Assembly: GCF_009834535.1 (NCBI RefSeq)
Contig: NC_045701.1
Span: 28,582,001-28,646,000 of the forward strand
DNA length: 64,000 nucleotides
Source of the DNA: Camelus ferus
Taxonomy: Eukaryota
Reading direction: 5' to 3'
Part shown: positions 1 to 14,038 of the stretch, one piece after another
Layout: each line of letters starts with the position of its first letter
Position numbering within the stretch: position 1 is the first letter of the stretch
Made by a program: the position numbers and the translations under genes
Notes under the pieces: generated by a model
What the model saw: only the letters and a program-made list of their open reading frames with translations
Database searches by the model: none
What the model was told of the DNA's origin: nothing

Positions 1-639
1 CTTTGTCTTTAGTCCTCACTGTGACTCCATGAAGCAGCATTATTATTATTTCCGCTTGACAGAGGCAAAAACAAGGCTGCTGTATATGAGCCCTGAGAAT
101 GGTAACCAGCTTGCCAGAGGCCACACAGCTAATTAATGACAGGCCAGGAGGAAATTTTAGGTCCCTAACTCCAAGCTTAATATCCTTTCCACTGTTTCTC
201 AAGCTGCAGTTGACGTGTTCTGTGAGAATGTGTTTCATTTTGTGTTCTGATTTTTATTATTATATAAATAGAAAACTCTTTGCAGTGAGCAATTCACAAT
301 TGGAAAGCGTTTTCCTATGATGTTTGTGTTTCTCAGACTGGAGTTTGAGGGCCCCGGTGGGTCCATGAAGGTGATCTTCAGGGTCATGACACTTTTTCAA
401 AAGTTTGTAGATGTGGTAGGTTTGAGAAACCCTGTACCACGCCACCTCCAGTCACATGCTTAGAATGAGGAAGAGTTACAAGAGTGGCAGTTACTGTGAC
501 CTCCCCCGCCTCCCTAAGACTTTTCGGTTGTTAGCTCTGTCCTTGCCTTGGAAAGCATTGCCATGCACCTAAAGCATGACCAGATTTAGGTCAAAAAGTC
601 AGAGGGAAAGGACACAGGCTTTGGAGTGAAAGGGACAGA

Positions 640-1030
640 AGTGGGGTGCGCTGCCCACTCCCCATTTTCTGAACACGCTCTACCCCTTCACCTCTCAGTG
701 ATGAGACTCTTACTGATCCCTCAGCATCTTCTCACTGTCAACTTTTCCAGAACCATCAGCACCCTGTCTGCCCTCAAAACTTAATTCAAACGCCACCCCC
801 TCCATGAAGCTTTTTCTGAGTCCCAGTTGGGCAGGTCTCCTCTCCTCCATCCTGGTACAGCGTGCACTCTGTTACGTGGCGGTTCCACCCTGCCTTTCAC
901 TGTAGTTCTGTTGCACGTATCTTCCTCTCAGAGGCTGTAAATTCCTTCCCAGCAGGGACCTTGTAATCCCCACAGTGCCATGCTCATGTGTTACACACAG
1001 CAGGCATTTAATACGTGTTTGTTGGAGGTG
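640..1030 (+). mobile_element. L2 3' fragment
   Basis: Pyrimidine-rich body ending ccacagtgccatgctcatgtgttacacacagcaggcatttaatacgtgtttgttgg, like an L2 3' end. Confidence 0.6.
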
Positions 1031-4000
1031 TAATGAATGACTAAGAGGAATGAATGACCAGAGCCAGAACCTACTCCTGCCTCATCCTGAATGTATGGAT
1101 GGAAACTCACATATATGTACAACTCTCATCTCATCCAACAGATAGCTATTCGTGGTAAGCAACTCACTATGTTAGCAGTACTTATTTGGTTAAAAAAAAC
1201 CAATCATTGAAAGTTATAACACCCTCTGTTTTTCCCATGGGCTAAACATCTAATAATAAAAATAAAATGTGCCCTTTCACTTGCCTCCCCCAACCTACCT
1301 TGCTCTAATCCTGCTCAGTGTTATTGCAGATAAATATTTTTATTATCTTCTTTGCTGTACAAGGATTTGGAGCCACCTGTAAGAAAAATACACGGTAAAA
1401 TAGTAGTTTAATTGGTCCTGAGAAAGTATAAATCGGAACTGAAGGGTTAGCCTGGGTTGAGGGTGGGGGAAGACAGAGTTGAGCACCGATAAGCAAACAG
1501 TTAACCACCACAGACTTGCTGAGGTAGCTCCACAAAATCACCTGTGAGCTCCCCAGCAGCCAAGGCAGCGTGGAGGTGTTCCCAGCTACCCAGTTCAGGT
1601 AGCTGCAGGCAGAACGAAATCTGTTCTTTGGGGACAGCAAAGCACTCATTTTCCAACCACAGAAGATGATATAAAATTCACAGAATTAAGTACATTTTAC
1701 ATGTTTTAAAATAAAGCTTGTTTTTATAGATAAAAGCTGAGGACAAAATAACAGCAGCCAAATGATGTTTCCTCGGGTGTACAATACACATTTCTTATCT
1801 TTAAAGCAGAATTCCCACATAAGTCTCTGTTTGGGGTAGTGACTAGTGGAGGTTAAAAGCAAAAGAGAGGATCTTGAATGAAATGGGCTGTCAGTGATGA
1901 AGTGATTACAGCTGAGGAGCAAATGACGTCCATAAAGTGGGCCAGGGAAATTCTTAAGTTGGAACAGTGTGTAGATTCTGAAGACAGACAACCCCAAATG
2001 CTCACAGTGAAGTCACATCTGAGGCCAGTGAGCGGGAGGGCTCCGTGCTGTGTGGCCATTCAGAGACACTCCCCTAGTACAGGGCTTCACAGCCTGGAAT
2101 GGTTTATGAATCTTTTGGGAATGGTGTTAAAATGAAGGCTCAGATCTGGTAAGTCTGGGGGGAGGTCTGACGTCTGTACTCTGACAAGCTCGGATGTGAT
2201 GCCAGCGCTGCTGGACCCCACGTGGAGTTAAGGAGACGCTTGGCCTTTGTCATCTTTCCTTGGATCTCCACATCCAGCTGGGAAGAGAGTACACGGAGCA
2301 CAGTGTAGGCGGTTTTTAGGTACCAAGCCTGAAAGCAGTGCACATCGCGTCCGCCCACTGTTCGCTGGCCGGGACTCCGCCACATGAGCCTACATAGCTG
2401 CCGGGGAGGCTGGCCAATGCAGCCTCTCTGTGCTCGGGACCAGGAAACGGAGTCTGGTGACCACTGGGCGGTACCTGCCAAGGCCAACCATGCGTCCCGG
2501 GAGTCCCTGAGATGCCCCCTCTCTGTCAGAAAGCACCGCTGAGCCCTGGGCCTGTGCCCTGCACGTCCTGCACGGTGGGCTGGCCTGGCCACACTCCCTT
2601 CACTTTTAAAAGAAGCCATTTAAACTTCTTCAGAAAAGGAAGTTTGCCCCCCCATCCTCCATTGTACCCAGAGAACTGCCTTCCTAGGACAGAGCACGAA
2701 CAACGTCAGCAGGTTCTGTACAGCCCCATTTACTTACAGGTGAGGCAGCACTCTGTAGGGCTGTGCGCTTTCCAGAGCCTTTCTTCTCCTGCCGTCCCTC
2801 TTGTGTGTGGTTTGGGCTCTGCTGTCCCTCTGGCTGTGATAGCAAGGCTCCTGCTGCCAGCACTCCACAGCAAAGCAGATGAACGTGCGTGATAGGCCAG
2901 GTGATAAGTAATTTCCTGGCCATCTACGGCTCTTTTCATAGAGTGAGAAATTACCCTCTGGATTTCCAGAGCCACCGCTGATGTGTTTCACGGGGGTCGG
3001 TAATGGTCAGCATCCTCCGTAAAACCGCCCCTGGGGTTCTTTTCTGCTTGTCCTGTCCATGTGCTTTGTGTTTATCTGGAAAGAAATTGTGCAGGGAGTC
3101 AGGTGGAAAACTAGTTTGTGAGAATTACGGATACAAGTGCCACCAACAGTCCGAGGCCCTCCAGCCCCACTAAGCGTTGTGTCTGTCGGCACAGCCTGCC
3201 ACAGTCCTGGCCGTTAATTGCCCACTGCTGTTGGCACATTACTCCCATAGTGGGGAGGAGGAGGAGCCGTGCCTGGCCCGGCAGTTTGCTCTGCCGCCAT
3301 GGGAACACACAATCTGAGTGAACAAGGAGGCAGTGCGGTGAGACAGGGCAGACAGACCAGCACGTGGTGGAGGTGGCCAGGGGCTGTTCCCACCTCCTGG
3401 GCAGCTGGAAAATGATGTGCAACAGAAGCTGCTTGTAACAGGTCTGGGAGATTTAGGGGCCCCCTGGTTTGCTTGTTCCTGTGGTTTGCACTCACTCTAG
3501 AGGGGAGAAAGCAGGTGGGATGTTTTTGAATACAGATTTCTAGGAGTATTACGGTATCTTAATGAGCTTCGATGAGATCACAGCAGGAGACTGAAGACTT
3601 GGAATCTGCCCAGCTGTCATCTCTCCCCCACCCACTGTGGGGGTCCCAAGCCTGCTACGTGCGAGGGACCTGAGCCAGGTGGGAGTCTGAGTGCCTTCCG
3701 TGAAAGCCTGAGTGAATGCCCCCGGTCCTGTGCAGAGGGCCCCCAAGGCCAGGCAGGAGCTTGGTTTCAGCTGGAGACCCAAGGAGGGCCTTCCAGCACT
3801 TACCCCGAGAGGAAGTTGTGCCTGGACCGTGTGCCGCAGATGCCTCCCCCAACCCTGGCCCTGGCCGAGATACTCACCTAGACAGACTGTCTTCAGAGCT
3901 CAGAGTCTTATTCACTGTAACAGAATAGTGACCACAAGTGACATGCCTGGTTTGGGGGGGCGGGACTCAAGGCTAGGGCAGAACGTACCCAGAAAGAAGC

Positions 4001-4216
4001 CTGACCTCGTTCCCCAAGAGGCAGCAGGCTCCGGGCAGCACCCACTCATGCCTGGTGAGGCAGGTGCCGCTGCCTTGACTCTGGAAAGGGTCTCCCACCT
4101 GTCCCCTGGCCTCCACCTTCTGGAGGCACGCTGCCTTCACGTGTTGTGGCCGTCAGGTGCTGCCCGTGGTGCCTTCCCGGTGGTCCTGAGGTCTGGCTGG
4201 GTGTGTCCTGCTGCAG

Positions 4217-4350
4217 GTGCTGGATGTGCTGTGCTCCCTCTGTCTCTGCAATGGGGTCGCAGTGAGAGCCAACCAGAATCTGATCTGCGACAACTTGCTG
4301 CCCCGGAGAAATCTGCTCCTGCAGACGCGGCTGATTAACGATGTGACAAG
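4217..4350 (+). CDS. RYR3: RYR3 exon ([45 protein letters not shown]), end of N-terminal solenoid
   Basis: ctgcag|GTG acceptor, AAG|gtaagg donor; 134 nt, phase 0 to 2. Not in the supplied ORF track because it has no in-frame start. Confidence 0.96.
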
Positions 4351-5184
4351 GTAAGGCCACCAGCGTCATTCCAAATGCCCATCTTGTCTCCAGAAAGGAA
4401 AGGAAGGGGGCTGATCTGAATGACAAAGCCACCCCCCATCATTTCCGTGGTGATGAGGACACATAAGATGAAACTAGGCAAAGGTGTACTTTTTAGAGCC
4501 TCATACTCCAACCCTTTCAAACGTCTCCCCTTGAAGTAGCTGAAAGCAGAGTAAACGGACCATCCGAGGGCTAAAGAATTTGGCCGTAAGATGTCTACCA
4601 TGTCTTATTTTAAACATTAATGAGTATCTTGTACCTTCTTCATAATTTATTTTTCTTCCGTTATGCCAACTTTTTTTTTTTTTAATGTTTTAAAAGAAGG
4701 GACGTCCCATGTTCAGACTGGTTTCTTACTCCCTCGGGCATATGGCTGTTGACTCCAGGGCCATCTGTGAAGGCCAGCATGAAGAGTATTGGCATGTGCA
4801 GAACCCTAGCCTGCTGGCCCACGCATGCGGCCACGTGGGAGTCATTAACTCACCGGGCCGGGACTAGGCAGCAACTCAGCACCTTTCCACCCAGGCCCAC
4901 TCCCTTCCCTGCAGTGTGAGAAGAGAAGCTCCATCTGAGGTGCAGAGCGGCCCGCAGACCTTAGCCATCACACAGACTGACTTTCTTCTGGGTACCTTGC
5001 CCACCCAAAAGGACATAGCCCCAGCCCAGAACAGCAGACCTCTGAGAGCAGGATTCCATCCAGAACAACTCCAAGTGCTTTGTCCCAAATTTTTAACCGT
5101 TTTTGCTGGATACATTAAAACCTCTATCCCTTAACAAGTTGGCCTCGTAGAGATGTCTCCACCCCAACTTTTATGTCATCTAGG

Positions 5185-5600
5185 TTGAATTTTTCAGCTT
5201 TATCGAGGTATAATTAACAAACAAAACTGTAAGGTATTTAAAGTGTACGATGCGATGATTCGATATACATAGATATCGTGAAAGGGCCCTCCCCATTGAC
5301 ACATCTTGTGAACTCCACAAATTTACCTTTTCTTTTAATGAGAACATTTAAATTCTACTCTCAGTAAATTTCAATTATATAATACGATGTTAACTATAAT
5401 CACCATGTTATCCATTAGATCCTCAGACTTACTCATCTTATAAGGGAAAGTTTTTGCCCTTTTACCAGCCTCCCCCCGTCCCCCCACTCCCTCCCCCCTT
5501 GCCTCTGGAAACCACTTTTCTACTCTGTTTCTACAAGTTGGACTTTTCTTTCAGATTCCACATGTAAGTGATACCATTTGTCTTTCTCTGTCTGGAATAT
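5185..5600 (-). mobile_element. Older L1 (L1MA/MB-like) 3' UTR fragment
   Basis: ctttatcgaggtataattaacaaac...ttcagattcccacatgtaagtgatacc resembles a recalled L1M 3' UTR consensus in antisense. Confidence 0.75.
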
Positions 5601-6076
5601 TTCTAATAGTGACTTCTTAATGCTTTCAAGGGACCATTATTAATAATGCCTAAGGGGAGAGGCTGCTGTTATGAAAATAGTTGTGTGCTTAAACCAATTT
5701 ATAGAAGGTGAAACCGGAGTCATTTCTTTCACTTACAAAAAGAAACCAGGGTTTGTAAGCATCACAACCCTACGTGATGTTTTCTGCATCTTTACCCATG
5801 GTTGGCCCTCAGTGAATGTCGGTTGCCTTGAATGGAATATTTAAAGAGATATCCTTTATATTTTATCATGGAATGAATGTTATCCTGACACTTCCCACTA
5901 AGAATTTGATCAAGCATTGAAGGCTTGAAGCTTTTTCTACTTTAGAACAAGACAAGAATCAGAAAATTGCTCTTGCCCTCAGTTTAATTGGGCCCACACC
6001 TCCCGTGGTCTGGTTCAGTTTGCTTTCTTGTTTCCTAAGAGTCTGTAGATGCCAACTGTCCCGTGTTTAATTTCAG

Positions 6077-6318
6077 TATTCGGCCAAACATCTTCCTGGG
6101 AGTCGCTGAGGGCTCAGCGCAGTACAAGAAGTGGTACTTCGAGCTGATCATCGACCAGGTGGACCCCTTCCTCACAGCAGAGCCCACACACCTGCGGGTG
6201 GGCTGGGCCTCTTCCTCAGGCTATGCTCCGTACCCCGGAGGTGGGGAAGGATGGGGAGGCAACGGTGTTGGCGACGACCTGTACTCCTATGGCTTTGATG
6301 GGCTGCACCTTTGGTCAG
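6077..6318 (+). CDS. RYR3: RYR3 exon, SPRY1 ([23 protein letters not shown]...[10 protein letters not shown]...GLHLWS-G)
   Basis: tttcag|T acceptor, TCAG|gtaagc donor; 242 nt, phase 2 to 1. Contains the FL hairpin (6168-6173) corresponding to the FKBP12-contacting SPRY1 loop of RyR1. Confidence 0.97.
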
Positions 6319-6689
6319 GTAAGCACCTTGCCTCTTATCTCTTACTGGGGATGATTGAGGCTCAAATTGTTCAAATTGAGATGGTTACTTTTTGTTGAGA
6401 TGATACAGACTCAAGTCCCAACTAATTAGTTGGTTCGGTGGGAAGGCGTCACATCTGAAGTGAGACTGTCCTGCTTTTACAGCCCGAGTCTGGCATGTCC
6501 AGCTGCCTGGTCCAGCACAGGTCACTTAACTTTTCTCAAGCTCAGCGTCTGCTTCTGTACAATCCTAACTGCATAGCATTGTCACAGTTGTATGGGAAAA
6601 CGAAGGAGAAAAAGACTCAGCATTTATTCACTGGGCAGCGAGCTACACATCTTTTATGCATTTTTTCTCATACTTTATCCTTACAATGA

Positions 6690-6800
6690 CCTCCTAAGGT
6701 AGAAATATTAATCTCATGTGACAGACATGGAAACTGAACACAAGATGTTTAGTTAACTTATTTGCAGTCATACAGGAAAGGATCCAGATCTGACTACAAG
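6690..6800 (-). mobile_element. MIR fragment
   Basis: acagacatggaaactgaacacaagatgtttagttaacttatttgcagtcatacag resembles the MIR core. Confidence 0.6.
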
Positions 6801-8779
6801 TCCATCGTCTTGTGGATGCAACATGCTCCTTCATGACACATGTTATAAAACATCTGGTTCTGTGCCTGACACGGAGTAGACTGGCATCTCTTAAAAGAAT
6901 TCACAGCTTCCTTCTTTTACATAAACAGTGATGCTTTCCCTAAGCATGTCCCCGGCCAGTGCCTGTGGAGGAGTCAGTTGGCTTCTGCCTGCCTGCGTGA
7001 AAATGTAAGACGAACTCTCAGGCTTCCTCCCAAAACAGAAGTTCTACTTCTCCCATCTGTTGTCCACAGTGTGTCTGACCTGTATCTTCTGAAAAACTGC
7101 AGCTGGAGACATTGTGTCCCTTATAGAAGTCCCCTATGCAAGCAGGATACTGCCTGCCTCTTACAGGAGGAACCGTGACAGTGAATTAATTCTTCCTTAA
7201 TTAACTCCCTCTAGTACAAGGGGAAAAATTGTCTCTACCAGACAAACCTATTTATTTTCTTTTGTGACTGAGAACTGCATTACCCATCATGTTTTCCTTC
7301 TTCCCTTAGCTTCCAGCTAAAACGGACAGCTTAGGTCCTGGTGACGTTTCTTATAGTTGGTTTTTAATTTCTTTTTATTGAAGTATAGCCAGTTTACAGT
7401 GTTGTGTCAATTTCTGCTTTAGTCGTCAATTGATCAATATGTGGTTTTTTTTAAAGTTTATGCTGTTTTATGTTCAGCATAAGCACGTTTTAACTTTCAG
7501 GAATGGTGTAAGCGTATTGATTTATATACTTATTTATCCTGGATGATGTATGGGAAGAAACAGTCTGTGTCTGTGTTTTGTGTGGCCCAGGGGACAGTGT
7601 GGTAGAGACAAGAGCAGGTACAAAACGGCAGGATGATGAGTTAGAGTCAAGTGACAATCCTGTTGTTCTCTTATCTTCCCCACTCACCCTCCCCTGGTCC
7701 CATCTCCGTGGGGGTGGGAGGTCTTCTCCTCCTGGTTCTCAGAGCCCCGTTGTGCAGCCCTGTGTCTGTGGTGACACAGTTCTAGTAGCCATGAGCTTAG
7801 GTTATCACCAGATGTCGTAAGACTCTCAGAAAGTTGTCTCTGGGGAAGTGATTTGAAAAGAGTCATTCTGCTCACACACATCTGCAGCCCCTGAGTTTGG
7901 TGAAATTGAATCTGTGGGGGAGTGAGTGGAATTGAGGTGAGAAAATCATGACCCACTGCCTCCTGATGGCTGCTCAGTTCACGCCGTCACCTCACTGTGA
8001 CCCAAGCATGTTCTCTGGATCCCAGGCTGCACCTGAAGAGAACGCTGGGTTGGTTAAGGAAATAGGAGTCTATTCAGACTCTCGAATGAAACAAATTGCC
8101 CCTAGTTTCCAAGAAGAAACTGTTCTCAAAGGGAAAAACATACTCAGTCTTTTCCGGATTTTGCTGCACTCCATGGAGTACATGGCATATCCATTTGTAA
8201 AATCTGCAGAATAAATACATCTGTGATTCAAGAGGCAAGAGAATCCACATGTCTTGCATCCAGAAAGGGCTGCTGTCAGTGCATTTCTGACCCTACACAT
8301 CCATCTGATTGTGTATTGTTTGGGGAGGTACAGAGCCCAGGAGTGTCTGGTGTCCACCTCTTCCCTGTTGTCTGCTCGAGACCAGGAGGCTGGATGTGCC
8401 CAGCCCGCACGGTGATCACCGGCAGTGGCTCATCTGATTGGAAATACAGGGGAAGGGGACTTGAGACTCAGTTGCTCACTAAGACACAAAGCTTCCTTGG
8501 GTCTGGGCATCATTCTGAATTCTCCAGTCGGCACCCGGGGAACATCTGTCCTGCAGAAGGCACTACAGATAAATATGTCAGCGTGTGCTCCAGATGTAAA
8601 CGCCCAGGTCCATTAACTTTAGATTCATCTGTGTGCATAAATTAAGCCAGTGCCTTGAACTGGGCTTTAATGTACCTACTAAAGCACAGTAGATGTGGCC
8701 GAAGTTGCAAAGAATGGCGGAGCCCCCGACACTTTGTTAGTAGAGGAATTCTGGATTGGTTAAGAAGAAACAGAATGGC

Positions 8780-8930
8780 TTTGGAGTTACGCCCAGGTGT
8801 GAATCCCAGCCCTTCACTTACTTGCTTTTTTGACACTGAGCAAATTACTGAACCTCTCAGAGACTTGGATTCCTCAGACAAAATGAAGATGATATGAGGC
8901 TCTTAGGGAATTTAAATGAAATGAGGGACA
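8780..8930 (+). mobile_element. MIR fragment
   Basis: gtgaatcccagcccttcacttacttgc...gagcaaattactgaacctctcagagacttggattcctc resembles the MIR core. Confidence 0.65.
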
Positions 8931-10470
8931 TGAGGTTCCTGATACACACTAGCCCAAGAATATCTGATTTCCCTTCCCTCACTGTCTGTGAAGTTGACGA
9001 AAGTCATAAAGGCAAGTTCAGAGTTCTCAGTGTCTCACTCGAGACCAGGAGATTAGCCCCATCCTCAGGGTATGAAGAACCCAGGTTCCATGCTGAATGG
9101 GGAAGGAAATTTCAGTGACATCCTGGGAATATGAATGAGCTTTTCCTCTGCACGGCGGGAGGGCAGGCTTAACAGGTCTCTTTAGCCACCAAAGCCTGTG
9201 AAGTCACGTTCAAGCATCAGGTGCACCAATCTCTCCCATTTCAGTCCTGCCCAACCCTCCCTCCTCCTTGCAGAGGAGTGGCTCCTTTCTTGTCATGGCG
9301 TCACTTCTCCTCCCCTAACGTAGCCTTTATGTACCTACGTAGCCTTTTGCAGTTGGTGGTGAACTTGGCTCAGGGCAGCCTATATAGTACATCGCTGCTT
9401 AGGGAGCAGTTTCATAGGAGGAAGTCACACCTACGCTTCCCTTTTAACAACTTTTTCCCTTGCAAAATTGGAAGAAGCAGAGGAATTCACCTTCCCAAGA
9501 GGTAAGTGATACAGGAAGTAAATGAATAAAATATAATTGTGTTTGCTGATTTATCATGACTTCTGATCGAGGTAATTTAGTGCTACAGTAAAGCTTGTAG
9601 GAGAGGGTCCTTACCTGTCTCCCTACTAAGATGAGCTCCAGGGTATTGGTTCCTCTGTTAAAACACACCCCCGCTGTGACTCAGGCTTTTCCAGCCCCAG
9701 TGCCCGACAGGGGAGGATTCGGGAGGAGCTGTGCAACACCAGCATTCTTCTGTACTAGAATCCCCTCTCTTTCCAAATGCCTGAGTATTGGTGTTTCCAT
9801 TGTAATACCAAACTCCGCAGTGCCTGGGGTGATGGAAGTGCTGAGCGTCAGTGTTTTCTCAGTTGTCCACATGACTCATCAGAAGAGAGGAGAGTCCGCA
9901 GTAATACATCCTTAGGTTAATTTGAAGATGTGAAACATATGATAAAGCGGCTTTTTTTCTTTACCTTAAAATGCTAGACCTTGGAACGGCCTTTCTGAGC
10001 TTCCAGGGACTTTCAGATGGGCCCGAGCCTCTAAGTCAGGGCAGGTTTCTTCAGACTAGCAGAGGCCACAGTATTTTCTAGCCTGTCCCGGTAGGTGGCC
10101 CCAGGATTACTCACCCTTCCTAGTATCTTGAAAAGCAGTTGAAGCAATTTAGAAAAAATCTTTGACAAATTGGCTTCTCCTTTCTACAGCATCACATTTC
10201 TGTTGGTTGTGCTAAAAGGGTCAAATACATCTTAAGTGTATTTGAAAGTGACTGTTCTTGAGCCCTGCCTTTCAATAAAGGGATTTATTGATTTCTGTAG
10301 CTCAGTTTTCAGATTACTTTGTGGACTCCGCCCTCAGTGCTATGAGTCTCTATATTGTTATTTTTACCTAATGTTATAAAAGACAAAATATGCCTACAGT
10401 GTTCTGCTCAGCTTATGTACTGCTAGCCTAGTTATTAAAGTGTCTGGAGTTACAAAATCAATACTAATAC

Positions 10471-10700
10471 CATTTATTGTGGGTTACAATGTGTCAGGCT
10501 CTTCCAGTTACTCTATATGGAATAATTCATTCAAAACTCACAGTAGCCCCATGACATTATTATTTTCATTTGATAGATGAGGAAAATTGAGTCCACAAAG
10601 GTGAGTGACTAGCCCAAGGTCACACAGTAAGTGGCAGAGCCAGGACTGAAGCCCAGGGAACCTGGTTGTAGGAACACTGCTACACTCTACTGCCTCTCGA
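10471..10700 (-). mobile_element. MIR SINE
   Basis: gatagatgaggaaaattgag...gcccaaggtcacacagtaagtggcagagccagg is the MIR core in antisense. Confidence 0.85.
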
Positions 10701-12389
10701 GTGGTACACAGGACATCAGTTATTTGGTCAAAATCATAGGAATAATAATGGTACCTTACAAACGGCTCTTGACAGCATCACTGTGGGCACTACTGTACCC
10801 ATGTTACGGACATAGAAGTTGAGTTCCTAATAAGATCACAGCAGATAAAGATTTGGTGTTTGAACTCAGCCCTCCGTAGCTCCAAGACTGCTCCCCACCC
10901 ACCCCCATGCCAGCTCAGTTGGACAGACAAGCATCTTGTTCAAATGTGGGGTGCAGGGCCCTTTGGAATCACCCGGAGTCATGAAGGCCCTCCCAGGGGT
11001 TGAGATTGCTTCCTCCAGTTGGGAACAGTTTTATAATACAGGGTGTACAAAAGCAATCTCACAATTCCAGCATTTTCTAGTTTCAAGTCTTCACACTACT
11101 CACATTTTAAGACTGGATGTACTTTATCAGATGACCTTTTACAACATGATTATTATATGAAATGGACTCTTTTATTCAAATAGACTTCCCATTACATTCC
11201 TCTAAGCACTTGCTAAATATATGCTTTCTATCCAGTGATTATCACCAGTCTCCCTTTAGTTTCTAGATAATATTGGTCCTAAACTTTGTATTCTCTACTG
11301 TATATGTTTTAAATGTGGGCTCAGACTATGATTTTGATTTGCCTATAGGCGATCTTACCAAGTGTTCCAATAGCAACTTGGTGCCCAGTCTCTTAGAATA
11401 AAAGTGGTGAAAGACAGTGTCATTTACCACAAGGACACAGTTGCTCATCCTGGTGGTTATTTTCAACTAAGAGAGCAAACTGGACAGGAGAGGTTGTCCC
11501 AGCCATCCTTCCTCAGGAAGGTGCTTGGCTACCATGGTGTATTGAGGGCTAAATAAAGCTCAGAATTTGGCCTCTGATGGCATCGAAAATGCTGCTCTGT
11601 GAAGAGCATCCCATGAAAGCTGCTCGTTCCCTTCCCTGGCAAGGCTCAGGCCGGTGTGGGAGCCAGCAGTGAGCTCTGAGAGGGCCCTGGAGTCACAATT
11701 CAACATACCAGTTTTGTCCTAGTTGATGTGGGTCTAAGAAAGTTGAAGTCACCTCTCATTTGTATATCTTACCCAGTAAGGATCTGGATACTTATGAAGG
11801 TAGTTGTCCAACCCAGCATTTCAATTATCTCCTGATTTTCCCAAATTAATGGAAATCTCTTAGAGTTTGTTCAAAGGCCTACCATGATATTTTCCAGAAG
11901 TTAAACTAATTGAAAAAGGAACAATTGAAGCCAGAAAGATTGGTTTTTAAGGGGGAAATGAGAAGTCTTAAGAATGAGACAATTATAGCAAGTTTTGTTG
12001 AGTCGTAATACCATAGATTCCTTTCATAATAGACTTGAGTATGATAAGGAAGGAAAGAGTCTAGGACTTCGGGTATCTAAACCCCATAAAAGGCACCGAG
12101 AGAGCTCAGTCTCTTCAAATGGAGATATGAGAACGTGTCCAACCTACACACTTATCAGATTTGCTTAGATTTGTTTTGTTTTAAACAGTGTTGACTGTAG
12201 GTCCTACAATGAGGAAGTTGTTCCTCGTTCTCAGCAATGAAACAAGACACCAAGTTACAAAAACAGTCCGAGGCCATCCCAGCCTAATTTGCCAATAGGC
12301 ACTGAATACATTCCGTGTTACTAGAATGCAGGCAGCCCAGGCTCTGGTCCAGCCTTATTCCCCTCTCTCACCTCCCCAAGCCCCCATCG

Positions 12390-12750
12390 AGTTCCAGCCT
12401 CACCAGACTCTAGCCGTTCTGCAAATGTGCCATACACTCCTTTTGCATAAGCTAAGCTTCTGTCTAGAATGCTCTTTTCTTTCTCATTATCTAGTGAGCC
12501 TTTCATTCTTCAAGTTTTCACTTGTCCCATGTTCCCAGTCTGACTCAGCCCCTGCTTTTTCCTCTAGAAGGCATCTCGTTGTGAGTGCCTCCATTCCAAC
12601 AATTATACTCAATTGCAGTTCTTTATTTGAATATTCACTTCCCACCAGACTCTGGATTTCTTAAGGGCAGGAGCTGAATCGTCTGTCTTTGATCCCAGCC
12701 CCAAGCACAGTACCTGGCACAGTGTAGAGTCTCATTACTGTTTGTGGAAG
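12390..12750 (+). mobile_element. L2 3' fragment
   Basis: ...cccagccccaagcacagtacctggcacagtgtagagtctcattactgtttg is an L2 terminus. Confidence 0.7.
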
Positions 12751-13019
12751 CGGGGGAGGGAATACAGCATGGTTTTGTCAATCACCCGAAAGAAACAGAA
12801 GGGGGTACCTAACATTTTTTTTGTTAAGGAGAGAGTAGTAGTTTCACTATTTTAAATCCACCACTTAGTTTAGAATCTATTACTAGAATAGCAGTAACCA
12901 CTGAAAACATTAAGTAGTTCTAAACTGAAATTAGAAATATTACATAGCATGGATATATGTACAAAATTTATGAACGGCTCACATCCTCATCACAAGGGGA
13001 TTTTTTTTTAAATTGCCTT

Positions 13020-13300
13020 TTCATGGCATATTATTAAGCCATTAAAATGTAGTTGCTAATGAATATCCCATGATATAGTCGAATATTTGTAATGTTATAA
13101 GTACAAATTACAAAACCTACAGTATCTCAGTTTGGGTGAATATTTTTATATATATGTGTGTGTGTATGTAAGAGTAGAAGTGTGTTGTATTGTTACCTTT
13201 TTTCCTTGTTTATACTTTTCTATATACATGATTAACATTTAAAATGAGTATGTATTACTCCTGTGATCAAGAAAGAAGATACATTTTTATAAATGTTTTG
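13020..13300 (+). mobile_element. Ancient L1ME-like 3' fragment
   Basis: AT-rich sequence with tattattaagccattaaaatg and ttttctatatacatgattaacattt motifs; boundaries approximate. Confidence 0.45.
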
Positions 13301-13845
13301 CTTGAAACCCCGTATTAATGCCTGACATTTGCCCCTTCATCGCCCTCTTCCCAGTAGAACTGTAAATCTGCTAGGGGTGGGCGGGGCGGCGATGGTAATT
13401 TACTTGTAGAACTTCCGGAACGGGACCGCGTGCTGTAGAAAACCTAAGAGGTGATTGTCTCGAGACTGTAAGTTAGGCCAGGAAATGACAGATCATCTTA
13501 TGAAAGAGATGAAACAACAAGAGAAATCACCAGAACAGAGAGTAACTGCAAAGCAGTTTTGCCCGTCACTCCAGACACCAGGCCAGAATCTGCGCACACA
13601 CGAAGCAGGTTGCATGCTCGTTTGTTCTCATTCCTGGCTGCTTGAGCGCTCGCCCGGGACTTGGGCTGCCCACTCGCAAAGCTCAGGAAACCATTTCTCG
13701 TTCACCTCACACAGGAAGCAAACGCAGCAGCGCCTCCAGACCTCCTGTGTGCCATCCCACCTCCCCGCCTCCCCGCCTCCCCCGGGTGCCCGTGGGCGTC
13801 TCCTCCAGAGCCCCACATGCCTCCTTCCTGTTCTCTGCCCGCCAG

Positions 13846-14038
13846 GCCGCATACCCCGAGCCGTGGCCTCCGTCAACCAGCACCTCCTCCGGTCGGACGA
13901 CGTGGTGAGCTGCTGCCTGGACCTCGGAGCGCCCAGCATCTCTTTCCGCATCAACGGGCAGCCTGTCCAGGGGATGTTTGAGAACTTCAACACAGATGGG
14001 CTCTTCTTCCCTGTGGTGAGCTTTTCAGCAGGTGTCAA
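13846..14038 (+). CDS. RYR3: RYR3 exon, SPRY1 ([27 protein letters not shown]...FSAGV-K)
   Basis: gccag|GC acceptor, AA|gtaagt donor; 193 nt, phase 1 to 2. Confidence 0.97.

Noticed and set aside
3712-4338. 208-aa + strand ORF overlapping the first exon
   Set aside because: It is out of frame with the RYR3 exon, has no recognisable domain and lies in GC-rich sequence where long chance ORFs are expected.
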